Assembly (NCBI GenBank): GCA_963767925.1
Contig: CAVYGB010000002.1
Coordinates: 1,600,001-1,664,000, forward strand
Reading direction: 5' to 3'
DNA: 64,000 nt
Source: an uncultured delta proteobacterium
Lineage (GTDB): Bacteria; Myxococcota_A; Polyangia; Fen-1088
In this document: piece after piece, positions 19,234-28,694 of the stretch
Layout: every line of letters starts with the position of its first letter
Position numbering within the stretch: the stretch's first letter is position 1
Notes under the pieces: generated by a model
Database searches by the model: none
What the model was told of the DNA's origin: nothing
The model's input: the letters and a program-made list of their open reading frames with translations, nothing else
Position numbers and translations under genes: made by a program

Positions 19234-20769
19234 TCAGGGGTCGAGTTTCCAGAGGCGGTCGCCGAGGGCGTAGAGGGCGTCGGGGGCGAGGTCGAGGTTG
19301 AGGACGGAGCCGTCGAGGGGGATCGAGCGGACGTGGGCCCCGGTGTTGGAGTCGTATTTGACCACCACCGCGCGCGCCTGGAAGGTCACCCCCTCGACAA
19401 CCAGCTCACCGGGTGAGGCCAGCGCGAGATAGACCGCGTCGCCGGTCGCCAGCAGGGCGCTGCAGCTCACCCCCAGCGGCGCGCTGATCGAGTTGCCCCA
19501 GATGACGCTGCCGTTGGCGGCGGCCAGCTTGGCCACGAACAGGGCGTTGGCGCCCCCGTTCCGGAAGACCTGGGTCAGGAGCTGGAGCTGGCCGGTGAAG
19601 TTCCCGGCCACCAGCAGATCGCCGCCCGGGTTGGTTGTCGTCCGCTCGATGCGCGCGCCCTTGTCGGCCGGGGAGGTCTGGGCCCAGACGACCGAGCGGT
19701 CGGCCCGCCACCGCGCCACCACCCAGTCTCCCGTCGTCGAGCTCAAGGTCCGGTCCCCCAGCCGCAGCGCCCCCACGAACTGTCCCCCGATGGCCCAGCC
19801 TCCGTCGGCCAGCGAGACGGCGTCCGCGACAAGGAACGGCCGGGCGAGCTGGGTGTTGGGGAGCGCCACCCCCCGGGCATCGAGCATCTCCAGGCCGCCG
19901 TTGTTGGCGCTCATGACCAGGAACCGGGTGCCGAAGTTCCACAGGACGTCGACGTTGGAGCGGTCGACCGCCGCCAGGACCTCCCCCGCGGCGCTCAGCC
20001 GCGCCAGCTTGGCCGTGCGGGGTCCGGTCGTCGCGCTGCCGATGAAGCCGGCGGCGTTGATCTCCCCTTCCACCCGGGAGATGGCGCCGAAGCTGACGCT
20101 GCCGGACGGGTAGGCCTTCAGCTCCTGCACCTTGCCGTCGGCTCCCAGCCGGGCGAGGAAGGGCGTGGTCGCGGCCCCGCCGTCGAAGGATCGGTCCCCG
20201 ATGGTGGCCACCCCGAAGGCGGCGCCGCCCACCAGCACGCCGTCGGGCAGGGCCATCAAGGCCGTGCTCCGGGGGACGCTCTGGGCCCACTGGACGCCCC
20301 GTAGATCGAAGCGCGCCACCACCGAGCGGGCGGCGTCCATGACAACGGTGCACGCGCCCTGGCCGCTGCAGTCGCCCGACCAGCCCCCGAAGACCGCGGG
20401 CGGCGTGGCCCGCGCGGTGAACGACACGGTCTGGCCGCGCGGGTGGGTCGCCGAGCAGCGCCCGGCGCACATTCCGCCGGGCTGGGCGATCACCGCCCCT
20501 GCGCCCGTGCCCTCGGTCGCGACGGAGAGGAGGAAGGGCCCGGCCGGCCCGCCCCCGCCGTCGGGCAACACCGGCTCCGGGCCGCCGCCATCGGGACCGC
20601 GGGCGGAGATGAGCTGTCCGGCGTCGCTGCCCCCGCCCCTGCCCCCGTCGTCCAGCTCACTCGCGTCATACCGGGGGGCGTTGCACCCGAGCACCGCGGC
20701 GGCAGCCAGCAGCCCGCCCGCCGCCATGCGGAACAAAAGCCACGACGAACCAAAGTTTGACGGAAGCAC
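19234..20769 (-). CDS. Lipoprotein with divergent InlB B-repeat-like domain and beta-propeller-like C-terminus (start uncertain)
   Basis: Lipobox VLGC; GTGAGAV..C...CSAT..G.TV.FTA..FGGWSGDCSG..CTVVMDAARSVVARF; repeated W..S propeller-type motifs. Confidence 0.7.
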   Translation of the reverse strand: MLPSNFGSSWLLFRMAAGGLLAAAAVLGCNAPRYDASELDDGGRGGGSDAGQLISARGPDGGGPEPVLPDGGGGPAGPFLLSVATEGTGAGAVIAQPGGMCAGRCSATHPRGQTVSFTARATPPAVFGGWSGDCSGQGACTVVMDAARSVVARFDLRGVQWAQSVPRSTALMALPDGVLVGGAAFGVATIGDRSFDGGAATTPFLARLGADGKVQELKAYPSGSVSFGAISRVEGEINAAGFIGSATTGPRTAKLARLSAAGEVLAAVDRSNVDVLWNFGTRFLVMSANNGGLEMLDARGVALPNTQLARPFLVADAVSLADGGWAIGGQFVGALRLGDRTLSSTTGDWVVARWRADRSVVWAQTSPADKGARIERTTTNPGGDLLVAGNFTGQLQLLTQVFRNGGANALFVAKLAAANGSVIWGNSISAPLGVSCSALLATGDAVYLALASPGELVVEGVTFQARAVVVKYDSNTGAHVRSIPLDGSVLNLDLAPDALYALGDRLWKLDP

Positions 20770-20867
20770 GTGACAACCCCTGAGGGCACACACTCTACTA
20801 CTTCACCCCTCCGGGACAACCCCCGGCCCCCGGGCCCGGCTCCCCCGGAGTGGGCCAGATCGCGGCG

Positions 20868-21086
20868 CGGCCGCGGGCCGTCAGTTGAAGGCGAAGCCGA
20901 CAGTGAGGCCGACGCCGAAGCCGCTGGCCGGGTCGACCCGGCCGCGGGCCGTCAGTTGAAGGCGAAGCCGACAGTGAGGCCGACGCCGAAGCCGCTGGCC
21001 GGGTCGACCCGGCCGCGGGCCGTCAGTTGAAGGCGAAGCCGACGGTGAGGCCGACGCCGAAGCCGCTGGCCGGGTCCACCCGGCCG
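20868..21086. repeat. 3 x 71 bp tandem repeat containing the 3' end and stop codon of the adjacent OMP gene
   Basis: tcagttgaaggcgaagccgac at 20881, 20952, 21023. Confidence 0.95.
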
Positions 21087-21992
21087 TAGAGGATGTCGAG
21101 GCCGGTGGCCAGGCCGAAGCTCTCGGCGAACCACCAGGCGTAGCTCGCGCCCAGGGCGAGGCCGAAGCCACCTTCTCCCTCCCCTTCGAAGCCGACGCCG
21201 TCGCCGTTGAACTGGGCGAACGCGATGGCGCCCTGAAGCCGCAACGTCGGGGCGACGTGGTAGGCGACGCCGGCCGCGAGCTGGCTGAGGTTGATGGAGG
21301 CCCCTTCGAGCGATCCAGAGATGGCGCCTTTGCCGTCCGGACTGGAGACGGTGAGCCCCGTGAAGCTGGCCAGGATCATCAGGTCCGACTCGAGGACGTA
21401 ACCAGCCGACAGGTTCAGCGCGGTGCCGATGCCAGACAGCCCCGAGTCACCGATCGACACCGACAGGTAGCTCGGCCCCACCCCGGCGGAGAGATAGAGG
21501 CCCGAGTCCGGGTGGGCCGCGGCCGGCGCCTGGGCCTGGAGCTGACCGTAGTCCTGCGGATACCCCGGCGGTGGATAGCCGGGCTGGGCAGCGGGATAAC
21601 CGGGCGGAGGCGCGGGCTGCTGCGGGTTCGGGCCCTGCGGATAGGGCTGCTGCGGGTACGGCTGCGGCGGATACGGTTGCTGGGGATAGGGCTGCTGCGG
21701 AGCCGGCTGCTGCGGGGGATAGGGTTGCTGCGGGTACGGCTGCTGCGGCGGTAGCCGGCTGCTGCGGAGCCGGCTGCTGCGGGTACGGCTGCTGCGGGTA
21801 CGGCTGCTGCGGGTACGGCTGCTGCGGGTACGGTTGCTGCGGTTGCGGGGGATACGGCTGCTGGGGCGCCGGCGGATAGGGCTGCTGCTGTGAGGCCGGC
21901 TGGGCCCCCGCCGAGCCCGACAGCAGGGTCAGAGCGAAGGCGAGGCTCACGGCCGTGATCCGCAGCGTCCAGCGTCTCGGGGTGCAATTCAT
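21023..21992 (-). pseudogene. Outer-membrane beta-barrel protein with (PYPQQ)n linker, frameshifted at about 21750
   Basis: GGAG plus ATG at 21992, signal peptide, QQPYP repeats continuing in a different frame into GLYLSAGVGPSY..VGLTVGFAFN. Confidence 0.75.
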
Positions 21993-22242
21993 CGATCTCG
22001 CTCCAGCAGGGGGACATGCGCTCCGGAGGACGGCGTCCCCGAAGCCGCGACCAGCAAACCCGCGACCGGAACCCGAAACCAGAAATCCGCACCAAGGCGC
22101 CCCCCACCGATCGCGCCACGAAGGCAGGGCGCACCCTAGCATCCGAAAATGTCCCGGCGCGACCGGAAAGATTCTTCAACCTGGAGTCCGGTAGGCTCGC
22201 CTCGAGCAGCCCGCTGGCAGGGCCGGGGGAGGCGCCAGAAAT

Positions 22243-22278
22243 GAAAGAGCCACCGTCCGGAGGGACGGTGGCTCTTTC
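22243..22278 (-). terminator. Rho-independent terminator after the DUF1552 gene
   Basis: Perfect 16-bp stem gaaagagccaccgtcc / ggacggtggctctttc, 4-nt loop, T-rich tail on the minus strand. Confidence 0.8.
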
Positions 22279-22306
22279 GGGACTCGGTCTGCTTCGCTGG
22301 CGCCGA

Positions 22307-23737
22307 TCAGGCGTTGACGAGGCCGACCGTGCCGGTGAAGTGCGCCGGCATTTCCTTCACGCCCATGATCCGGCAGATGTCGGCCATGGTGTTGGCGGTG
22401 GACTTGCCGCCGCCGCCCCGGACCGGGGTACCGCCGTCGATGTGCACGCCACTGCGCATGGCCCCGCCGGCCTTGCCGGCGAAGATCCAGGGGATCTGGT
22501 AGGCGCTGTGCGCGCCGCCGTCACCCATGTGGTTGCCCCAGATGACCATGCTGTTGTCGAGGAACGAGCCGCCCGGCTCCTCGACCGCCTTGGCCTTGGT
22601 CAGGAACTCGGCGAAGCGGTCCATGAACCACTTGTCGATCAGCTCCTTGACCTTGACCCCCGCCTGGGTCGGGTTGTGGGCGGCGTCGTGGAAGTTCACG
22701 AACTGACTCTTGTAGCCGGTGCTGTTCCGCTCCGGCACCCCCGGCACGAAGGTGCCGAAGTTGAAGTAGTTGCCGGCCGAGTTGCTGAGCTGCAACGTCG
22801 CCACGCGGGTCACGCCCGAGCTGAGGGCGGCCAGCGCGATGTCGAGCTGGGCCTTCATGAGGTCCGGGAACAGCCGGGGCGTCGAGGCGATGGCCGCGTT
22901 GTCGAAGGGCATCGGCATCGGGGCGGTGAAGCCGCCGCCGTTGGCCCCGGGCCGCGGCCGGCCCAGACCGGAGATCTCGGTCTCCAGCGTGCGGATGGCG
23001 GTGAAGTGGCCCTCGATGGCGCCCCGCTCCTCGCGGCCGACGCGCGTCTTGAACCGCTCCAGGCTCTTGCCCACGTAGTCGAGGATGCTCTTCTGCGTGC
23101 CGAGCAGCTTGGCCGTGGCCGGGTCGGGGCCGGTCGGCTCCGCCATGCCGGGGGCCGGCGCCGGGCGACCGGCGAACAGCTCCCCGTAGACCGTGGCGGG
23201 GTTGCCCTGGGGGTTGATCGGCGCGCCCGCGCCCGTCCAGAAGCAGCGGAAGGCGCCCCGGGTGCCGCTGGCCGGCTTGTTGTCGACCTGGGCCATGAGG
23301 TTGAGCGACAGCCGCTCGCCGGGGTTCAGGGGGACGGCCTTGGCCACCACCTGATCCAGCGTCGCGCCCCGCGGCTCGTGGTACTTCGAGTTGCCCGGCT
23401 TGGTCGAGGGGCCGCCCCAGTAGATGACGCCGTAGCACTCGTGGGCCCAGTTGTACCCTTCCGGGTAGTTCGGCTGGTCCATGTTCGAGACCCAGGTCAG
23501 GTCATTGCGGAACGGCTCGAGGGCCTTGGTGCTGGTCGGGAAGGTGGCGTTGGCCAGCGCGCCCACCGGCGGCTTCCACACGTTGAGGATGTAGCCCTCG
23601 CTGTTGTGGATGAGCAGCATGCGCTTGCTGGCCACCGAGTCCGCCCAGACTTTGCTGGAACGGAGCAGGGGCAGGCAGGCGGCGCCGATGCCGAGCGACT
23701 TCAGCAGATTGCGACGGTCGATATCCCAGTTCTTCAT
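22307..23737 (-). CDS. DUF1552 (HXXSHH) domain protein with Tat-like signal
   Basis: RRNLLKSLGIGAACLPLL, TLDQVVA, KSILDYV, FHDAAH, LDNSMVIW, GGAHS..IPWIFAG. Confidence 0.85.
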   Translation of the reverse strand: MKNWDIDRRNLLKSLGIGAACLPLLRSSKVWADSVASKRMLLIHNSEGYILNVWKPPVGALANATFPTSTKALEPFRNDLTWVSNMDQPNYPEGYNWAHECYGVIYWGGPSTKPGNSKYHEPRGATLDQVVAKAVPLNPGERLSLNLMAQVDNKPASGTRGAFRCFWTGAGAPINPQGNPATVYGELFAGRPAPAPGMAEPTGPDPATAKLLGTQKSILDYVGKSLERFKTRVGREERGAIEGHFTAIRTLETEISGLGRPRPGANGGGFTAPMPMPFDNAAIASTPRLFPDLMKAQLDIALAALSSGVTRVATLQLSNSAGNYFNFGTFVPGVPERNSTGYKSQFVNFHDAAHNPTQAGVKVKELIDKWFMDRFAEFLTKAKAVEEPGGSFLDNSMVIWGNHMGDGGAHSAYQIPWIFAGKAGGAMRSGVHIDGGTPVRGGGGKSTANTMADICRIMGVKEMPAHFTGTVGLVNA

Positions 23738-25479
23738 TGCTGTCCCTCTCCGGCCAGGGGCATACGGTGGGTGAAGGCGAGAGTCTTGGTGGTGGCGACG
23801 AGCAGCTCTTTGAGGTCGTAACCCGACGCCGCGAACGCCTCCGACATGGCCTTGACCGACCCCTGCTCGCTGGGGAGCGTGGGGCGGCGCAGGCTGTACT
23901 CGAGGAACTGCTTGGTGAAGCAATCGCGCGCCTCCTGCGAGGTGGCGATGGCCTTGCTGAACTCGACGCCGTTCTTGAAGCTGACGTCGCCGGCCTGGAA
24001 GGGGAAGGTCCCGCTCGAGTTGACCGGCATGTTGGCGTCGGTGTCGCGCCAGGCGCCGACCGCGTCGTAGTTCTCGAAGGCGAAGCCGCTGTTGTTGATG
24101 CGGCCGTGGCAGGCCGAGCAGGAGGCCTCGGTCAGGGTCGACTCCTCGAAGCGCTGCCGGTTCGAGATGTTGGGGGCCACGTCCTTGACCGGCGGCGGGA
24201 CGAAGTCCGGCGGCGGGATGATGGGCGTGCACAGCACCTTGTCGAGGATGAGCAGGCCGCGGCGCACCGGGTGCGGCTCGTCCCCGTCGGCGTGGCCGGC
24301 GAGGAAGCTGCCGTGGGTGAGGATGCCGGCCCGCTGGGTCGGGTTCAGGGTCACCGCCTGCATCCCGGCCCCGGTCACGCTGGTCACGCCGTACAGCTTG
24401 GCCAGCGGTCCGTCGACGAAGCTGGCGCTCGAGGTGAACAGGGCCTCGAGCTTGGACGAGGGGCCCTGCATGATGGAGGCGAAGAAGGTCCCGCTCTCCC
24501 GCAGCATGGCCTCGCCGACGGCGGGCGAGTAGTTGATGTAGGTCTCGTCCTTGCTGAGGGTCGGCAGCGAGCTGACGTTCAGCCACTGGACGATGAACTC
24601 ACCGAGCCCGAGCTTGGCCTTGTCCGAGGCCAGCAGCCGGCGGGCGTGCTCCGCGATCTTCTCGGGGTTGGTGAGCTGGCCGGCCGCCGCGGCCGCGAAC
24701 AGCTCCGGGTCGGGCATGGAGGCCATCACCGTGTACGAGAGCCGCGAGGCCATCGCGTAGTCGTCGAGGCGAACCACGCCGTTGCCGCTGGCGGGCGAGA
24801 GCTCCCAGCGGTAGTGGAACATGGGGCTCTGCAGGATGGCCGAGACCATCGTGCGGGCGGCCTCCGGATAGGTGAGGCCGACCTCGGCCCCCCGCACCCG
24901 GGTGTAGAGGGCGAGCAGGTCGGCCTTCTCGTCGTTGAGGAGGGGACGACGGAAGGCGCGCAGCCCGAACTCCTCGATGAAGCGTTTTGCGCAGGCCTCT
25001 TCGCCGCCGGCGGCCGGGGCGGCACAGCCCTGCGGCATCAGGGTGGCCAGCCGGCCCATCGCCACGGTGGCGATGCCGTCGGAGAGCGTCGAGAACAGCC
25101 GGGCGTCGTTCGAGCTACCGACGGTCGCGCCGTTGAGGAAGCCGTGTTCGAAGGCCTCCACGTCGGACGAGAAGCCGCCGGCCTGTCCGACCGCCGGCGC
25201 GTCCATGCCGATCAGGTCGCGGACGGTGTTGTTGTATTCGTTGAACGTCATCCGTCGCAGCGGCAGCGGGCCGGCCGCGTCGTCCGGAGTCACCGGAGCA
25301 GGCGGGGGGGCGACGGGTGCACCGGTCATCGGGTCGGGTCTGCCCACCGGGCCTGGGTTGCTGGGCCCGGGGCCCTGCATCGGGGCATCGCCGACCGCGC
25401 CCGTGCAGCCGAGACCGGCGAGCGCCGTCCCGGTCATCAGCATGGCCATGGCCAATGGGGATGTTCCTGGTCGAGTCAT
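23734..25479 (-). CDS. DUF1592/DUF1588/DUF1587/DUF1595-type lipoprotein with CxxCH
   Basis: Lipobox LGC, LRRMTFNEYNNTVRDL, AFRRPL, ASRLSY..SMPD, RAGILT, PVRRG, CSACH..GFAFENYDAVG; stop overlaps the next start. Confidence 0.88.
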   Translation of the reverse strand: MTRPGTSPLAMAMLMTGTALAGLGCTGAVGDAPMQGPGPSNPGPVGRPDPMTGAPVAPPPAPVTPDDAAGPLPLRRMTFNEYNNTVRDLIGMDAPAVGQAGGFSSDVEAFEHGFLNGATVGSSNDARLFSTLSDGIATVAMGRLATLMPQGCAAPAAGGEEACAKRFIEEFGLRAFRRPLLNDEKADLLALYTRVRGAEVGLTYPEAARTMVSAILQSPMFHYRWELSPASGNGVVRLDDYAMASRLSYTVMASMPDPELFAAAAAGQLTNPEKIAEHARRLLASDKAKLGLGEFIVQWLNVSSLPTLSKDETYINYSPAVGEAMLRESGTFFASIMQGPSSKLEALFTSSASFVDGPLAKLYGVTSVTGAGMQAVTLNPTQRAGILTHGSFLAGHADGDEPHPVRRGLLILDKVLCTPIIPPPDFVPPPVKDVAPNISNRQRFEESTLTEASCSACHGRINNSGFAFENYDAVGAWRDTDANMPVNSSGTFPFQAGDVSFKNGVEFSKAIATSQEARDCFTKQFLEYSLRRPTLPSEQGSVKAMSEAFAASGYDLKELLVATTKTLAFTHRMPLAGEGQQ

Positions 25480-25637
25480 TCGTGAATCCTCCAAGCGCCC
25501 TCGGCGCAGAGGTCTCCCGGCGGATGTGCCGGGCGACATCAGTAACAAAGTGCCGTGGCCTGACGGTCAGCGTTCTAAAAACGAGCGGAACCAGCACGAA
25601 AAAAGACGCGCGTCATGGTGACGTTTTCGTCTACTCG

Positions 25638-26618
25638 TCACGCGCCCCCGCCGCCTGGCCGCCCTTCCCTGGATACATCCTGCTGACGGCCCAGAACCAG
25701 GGCGTACGTTAGCAGACTCAAGTCGTCTCCGAGGCGCCAGAGCCAGGGCTCGATCACACGGGGCGGGAGCGCCAGCAGGGGGGCCGCCACGGGGTCGCGG
25801 GCGAAAAAGCGGCGGAGCGCGCGGGGCCGGGTGCCAGTGAAAACGTTGTCGGTGGCTTCGAGGTGATCGAGCAGCCGTGACAGCGGCTGGCTAGCAGCCG
25901 TCTCCTCGAGCGGATAGGTCTCCGAGGAGGCCACGTCGGTCACGAGGAGCGCGGTTCCGCCCGGACGAGCGAGCAGGACCAGGGCCCGCAGGTGAGCCGC
26001 GGCGACCGCCTCGGCCAGCTCGTGCAGGTGGGGATGCTCCACCCCGAGGGCGAGCCGGCAGCTCTGGGCGATCTGACTGAGCAGGCAGGCCGAGACGACG
26101 ACATCGAAGGTCCCGGGCAGGGCCCCTTGCAGGTTGGCCAGCGCGGCCGCCGCCACCGCGGCCGGGTCCGGGGGCCGGCGGGCGTTCCGGGCGGCTTCCA
26201 GGAGGGCGAGCCCTCCGGTGAGGTCGACCCCCGCCCGGAGCACGAGCCGGGCGGCCACCTCGGCCGGCTGGCGGTCGCGTGCCCGCTGGAGCGCCTCGTC
26301 ATCGAGATCGACGAGGTGGATGGTCCGGAAGTGTTCGGCCAGCACCATCAGGTCGACGTCGTTGCAGTTGCCGGCCCCAAGAATGGCAAGTGTGCCCGCG
26401 AGCGTGCCGGCCTCGGAGCCGGCGTGGGGGCCCGCAAGGGTGCCGGCGAGGTCGGGGGTGGGGTCCGGAGGGCTGGCCGGATCCGGGCCGGCGGGCCTGG
26501 CCGCGTCGACGAGCAGGGCCATGACGCGCTCCCGGTGGCTGGCGAACCCGTCCCAGCGGTTGGCCGAGCCTCGGTTCACCGTCCGCTGGTAGCGCAGGAG
26601 ATCCGCGGGCGGGCGCAT
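25638..26618 (-). CDS. Putative SAM-dependent methyltransferase-fold protein
   Basis: ILGAGNCND.DL, IHLVDLD, FDVVVSACLLSQ, RPGG. Confidence 0.6.
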   Translation of the reverse strand: MRPPADLLRYQRTVNRGSANRWDGFASHRERVMALLVDAARPAGPDPASPPDPTPDLAGTLAGPHAGSEAGTLAGTLAILGAGNCNDVDLMVLAEHFRTIHLVDLDDEALQRARDRQPAEVAARLVLRAGVDLTGGLALLEAARNARRPPDPAAVAAAALANLQGALPGTFDVVVSACLLSQIAQSCRLALGVEHPHLHELAEAVAAAHLRALVLLARPGGTALLVTDVASSETYPLEETAASQPLSRLLDHLEATDNVFTGTRPRALRRFFARDPVAAPLLALPPRVIEPWLWRLGDDLSLLTYALVLGRQQDVSREGRPGGGGA

Positions 26619-27012
26619 CGGACCCGCAGTCTAGCCACGGAGCCGCGCGAGATGGATGGCTCGGGCCCCCGAGCCGTCGCGCGGACCGCTGTCGGATGCC
26701 GCCGTCGGGTTCCGCCGTCGCTGCGCGGGCACTCTCCTCATTTTGTTAGCGTGACGACTTACTTGCTGGATCGACGCCCTCGCGGGGGTAGATTGGATGA
26801 GCCGAGGAGGGGCGGAATGTGGGGGCCAAGACGCGCAAGCACCCGAGAGCCAGTCATAGCGATTCGGTATCATCGGGGTACTTCTCGATGGGTCGGTTCC
26901 GTACCCGCGGCGCAGGCTTTGTCTCACGTCGGGCTTCGGGTTGACAGAGCACCGGTGGGTCCAAAACAATGAACTGCGCCCCGATCGAACAAGACGCCCG
27001 TAGAAAGTTCGC

Positions 27013-28608
27013 ATGCGTTCCATGCCTTCCCTTCAGCCGGCCATGCCCATGGCGGTCCCATCGTCGCTGATGGCGGGGTGGCCACCCAAGGGGCGCTTCG
27101 AGCTGTCGCGCGGGCGGCGGTCGATCCTGATCGTCGAGGACGACCACGACATCCGCACCTCGCTGGCCGACTTTCTGACCCTCGAGGGGTTCGAGGTGAT
27201 GACGGCCTCCGACGGGGCGGCCGCGCTGGCTCGCCTGCGCCGGGGGGAGCCCCCCGACGTGGTGCTGCTCGATCTGATGATGCCGGTGATGGACGGCTGG
27301 CAGTTCCGGCTCGAGCAGAAGCGCGACCCGCTGCTGGCCCAGGTGCCGGTCATCGCGCTGTCGGCCAACGGGTCGCCCCAGGCCCGGGCGGTCGACGCGG
27401 CAGCGTTCATCGCCAAGCCGCTCGATGTCTCGGTGCTGCTGTCGACCATCGAACGGGTCATCGCCCAGACCATCGCCGAGCGCACGGCCAACGCCGAGCG
27501 GATGGCCGCCCTGGGGACCCTGGCGGCGGGCATCGCCCACGAGATCAACAACCCGCTCTGCTACGTCATCGCCAACCTGCAGCTCACCGCCCGCCAGCTC
27601 CCGGTCGCCCTGCGTGACAGCCAGTCGGAGCTGCCGACCCTGATCGAAGAGGCGATCGAGGGGGCGGGGCGCATCGCCAGCATCGTGCGCGAGATCCAGC
27701 AGGTCAGCCGCCCCTCCCCCGACGAGCCGTCGATCGTCGAGGTGCGGGCGGTGGTGGAGGCGGTGCTGCGCCTGACCTCGCACGAGATCCGCCACCGGGC
27801 CCGGCTGGAGACCGAGTTCGCCCAGTCCCCCGCGGTGCAGATCGACCGGGTGCGCCTCGAGCAGGTGTTGATGAACCTCATCGTCAACGCCATCCACGCC
27901 ATCGAGGAGGGCCGGGCCCACGAGAACATCATCCGGGTCAGCATCGGCACCTCGGCCGACGCCCGGGTGGAGATCCGCATCGCCGACTCGGGCTGCGGCA
28001 TCCCCGACCCGGCCAAGCCGCGGGTGTTCGACCCCTTCTTCACCACCAAGGCCCCCGGCACCGGGACCGGCCTCGGCCTGGCCATCTCGCGGGCCATCGT
28101 CACCGCGGCCGGCGGGGACATCACCTTCGATTCGATGGAGGGCAAGGGCAGCGTGTTCTGCGTGCTGCTGCCGGCGGCCCACCCCGCTCGCATCGAGAAG
28201 GGGCAAAACCCGCCCCCCACCGAGCTGGCCCACCTGCGCATCCTGGCCATCGACGACGAGCCGGCGATCCTGCGCTCGCTCAAGCGGCTGCTCGAGCCGG
28301 CCCACGAGGTCACGGTGGCCGGCACCTCCGCCGAGGTGCTGGGCCTGCTCAACGAGCGGGTGTTCGACGTGGTCCTGTGCGACCTCTCGATGCCCGACAT
28401 CCCCGGGGCGGAGCTGTCGGACCGGATCGTCACCCTGGTCCCCTCGCTCGGCTCGCGCATCGTCTTCATGACCGGCGGGGCCTTCACCCCCCGGGCCCGC
28501 GCCCTGGTCGAGCAGGGCGACCGGCTGCTGCTGGAGAAGCCCTTCAGCTACGACAGCCTGCAGGCCGTGCTCCAGCGCGCGACCGGCGGCGTCCAGATCC
28601 CGGGCTGA
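27013..28608 (+). CDS. Hybrid histidine kinase (Rec-HisKA-HATPase-Rec), start uncertain
   Basis: ILIVEDD..DVVLLDLMMPVMDG, AHEINNPL, FFTTK..GTGLGL, ILAIDDE..CDLSMP. Confidence 0.92.
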   Translation: MRSMPSLQPAMPMAVPSSLMAGWPPKGRFELSRGRRSILIVEDDHDIRTSLADFLTLEGFEVMTASDGAAALARLRRGEPPDVVLLDLMMPVMDGWQFRLEQKRDPLLAQVPVIALSANGSPQARAVDAAAFIAKPLDVSVLLSTIERVIAQTIAERTANAERMAALGTLAAGIAHEINNPLCYVIANLQLTARQLPVALRDSQSELPTLIEEAIEGAGRIASIVREIQQVSRPSPDEPSIVEVRAVVEAVLRLTSHEIRHRARLETEFAQSPAVQIDRVRLEQVLMNLIVNAIHAIEEGRAHENIIRVSIGTSADARVEIRIADSGCGIPDPAKPRVFDPFFTTKAPGTGTGLGLAISRAIVTAAGGDITFDSMEGKGSVFCVLLPAAHPARIEKGQNPPPTELAHLRILAIDDEPAILRSLKRLLEPAHEVTVAGTSAEVLGLLNERVFDVVLCDLSMPDIPGAELSDRIVTLVPSLGSRIVFMTGGAFTPRARALVEQGDRLLLEKPFSYDSLQAVLQRATGGVQIPG

Positions 28609-28694
28609 GCCACCTGCCGCGCGCGCTGATCACCGAGGTTACGAGCGCCGCCCGCCGCCGCCGCGCCCGCCCGCTCACCTTCGGGCTGTGACGA

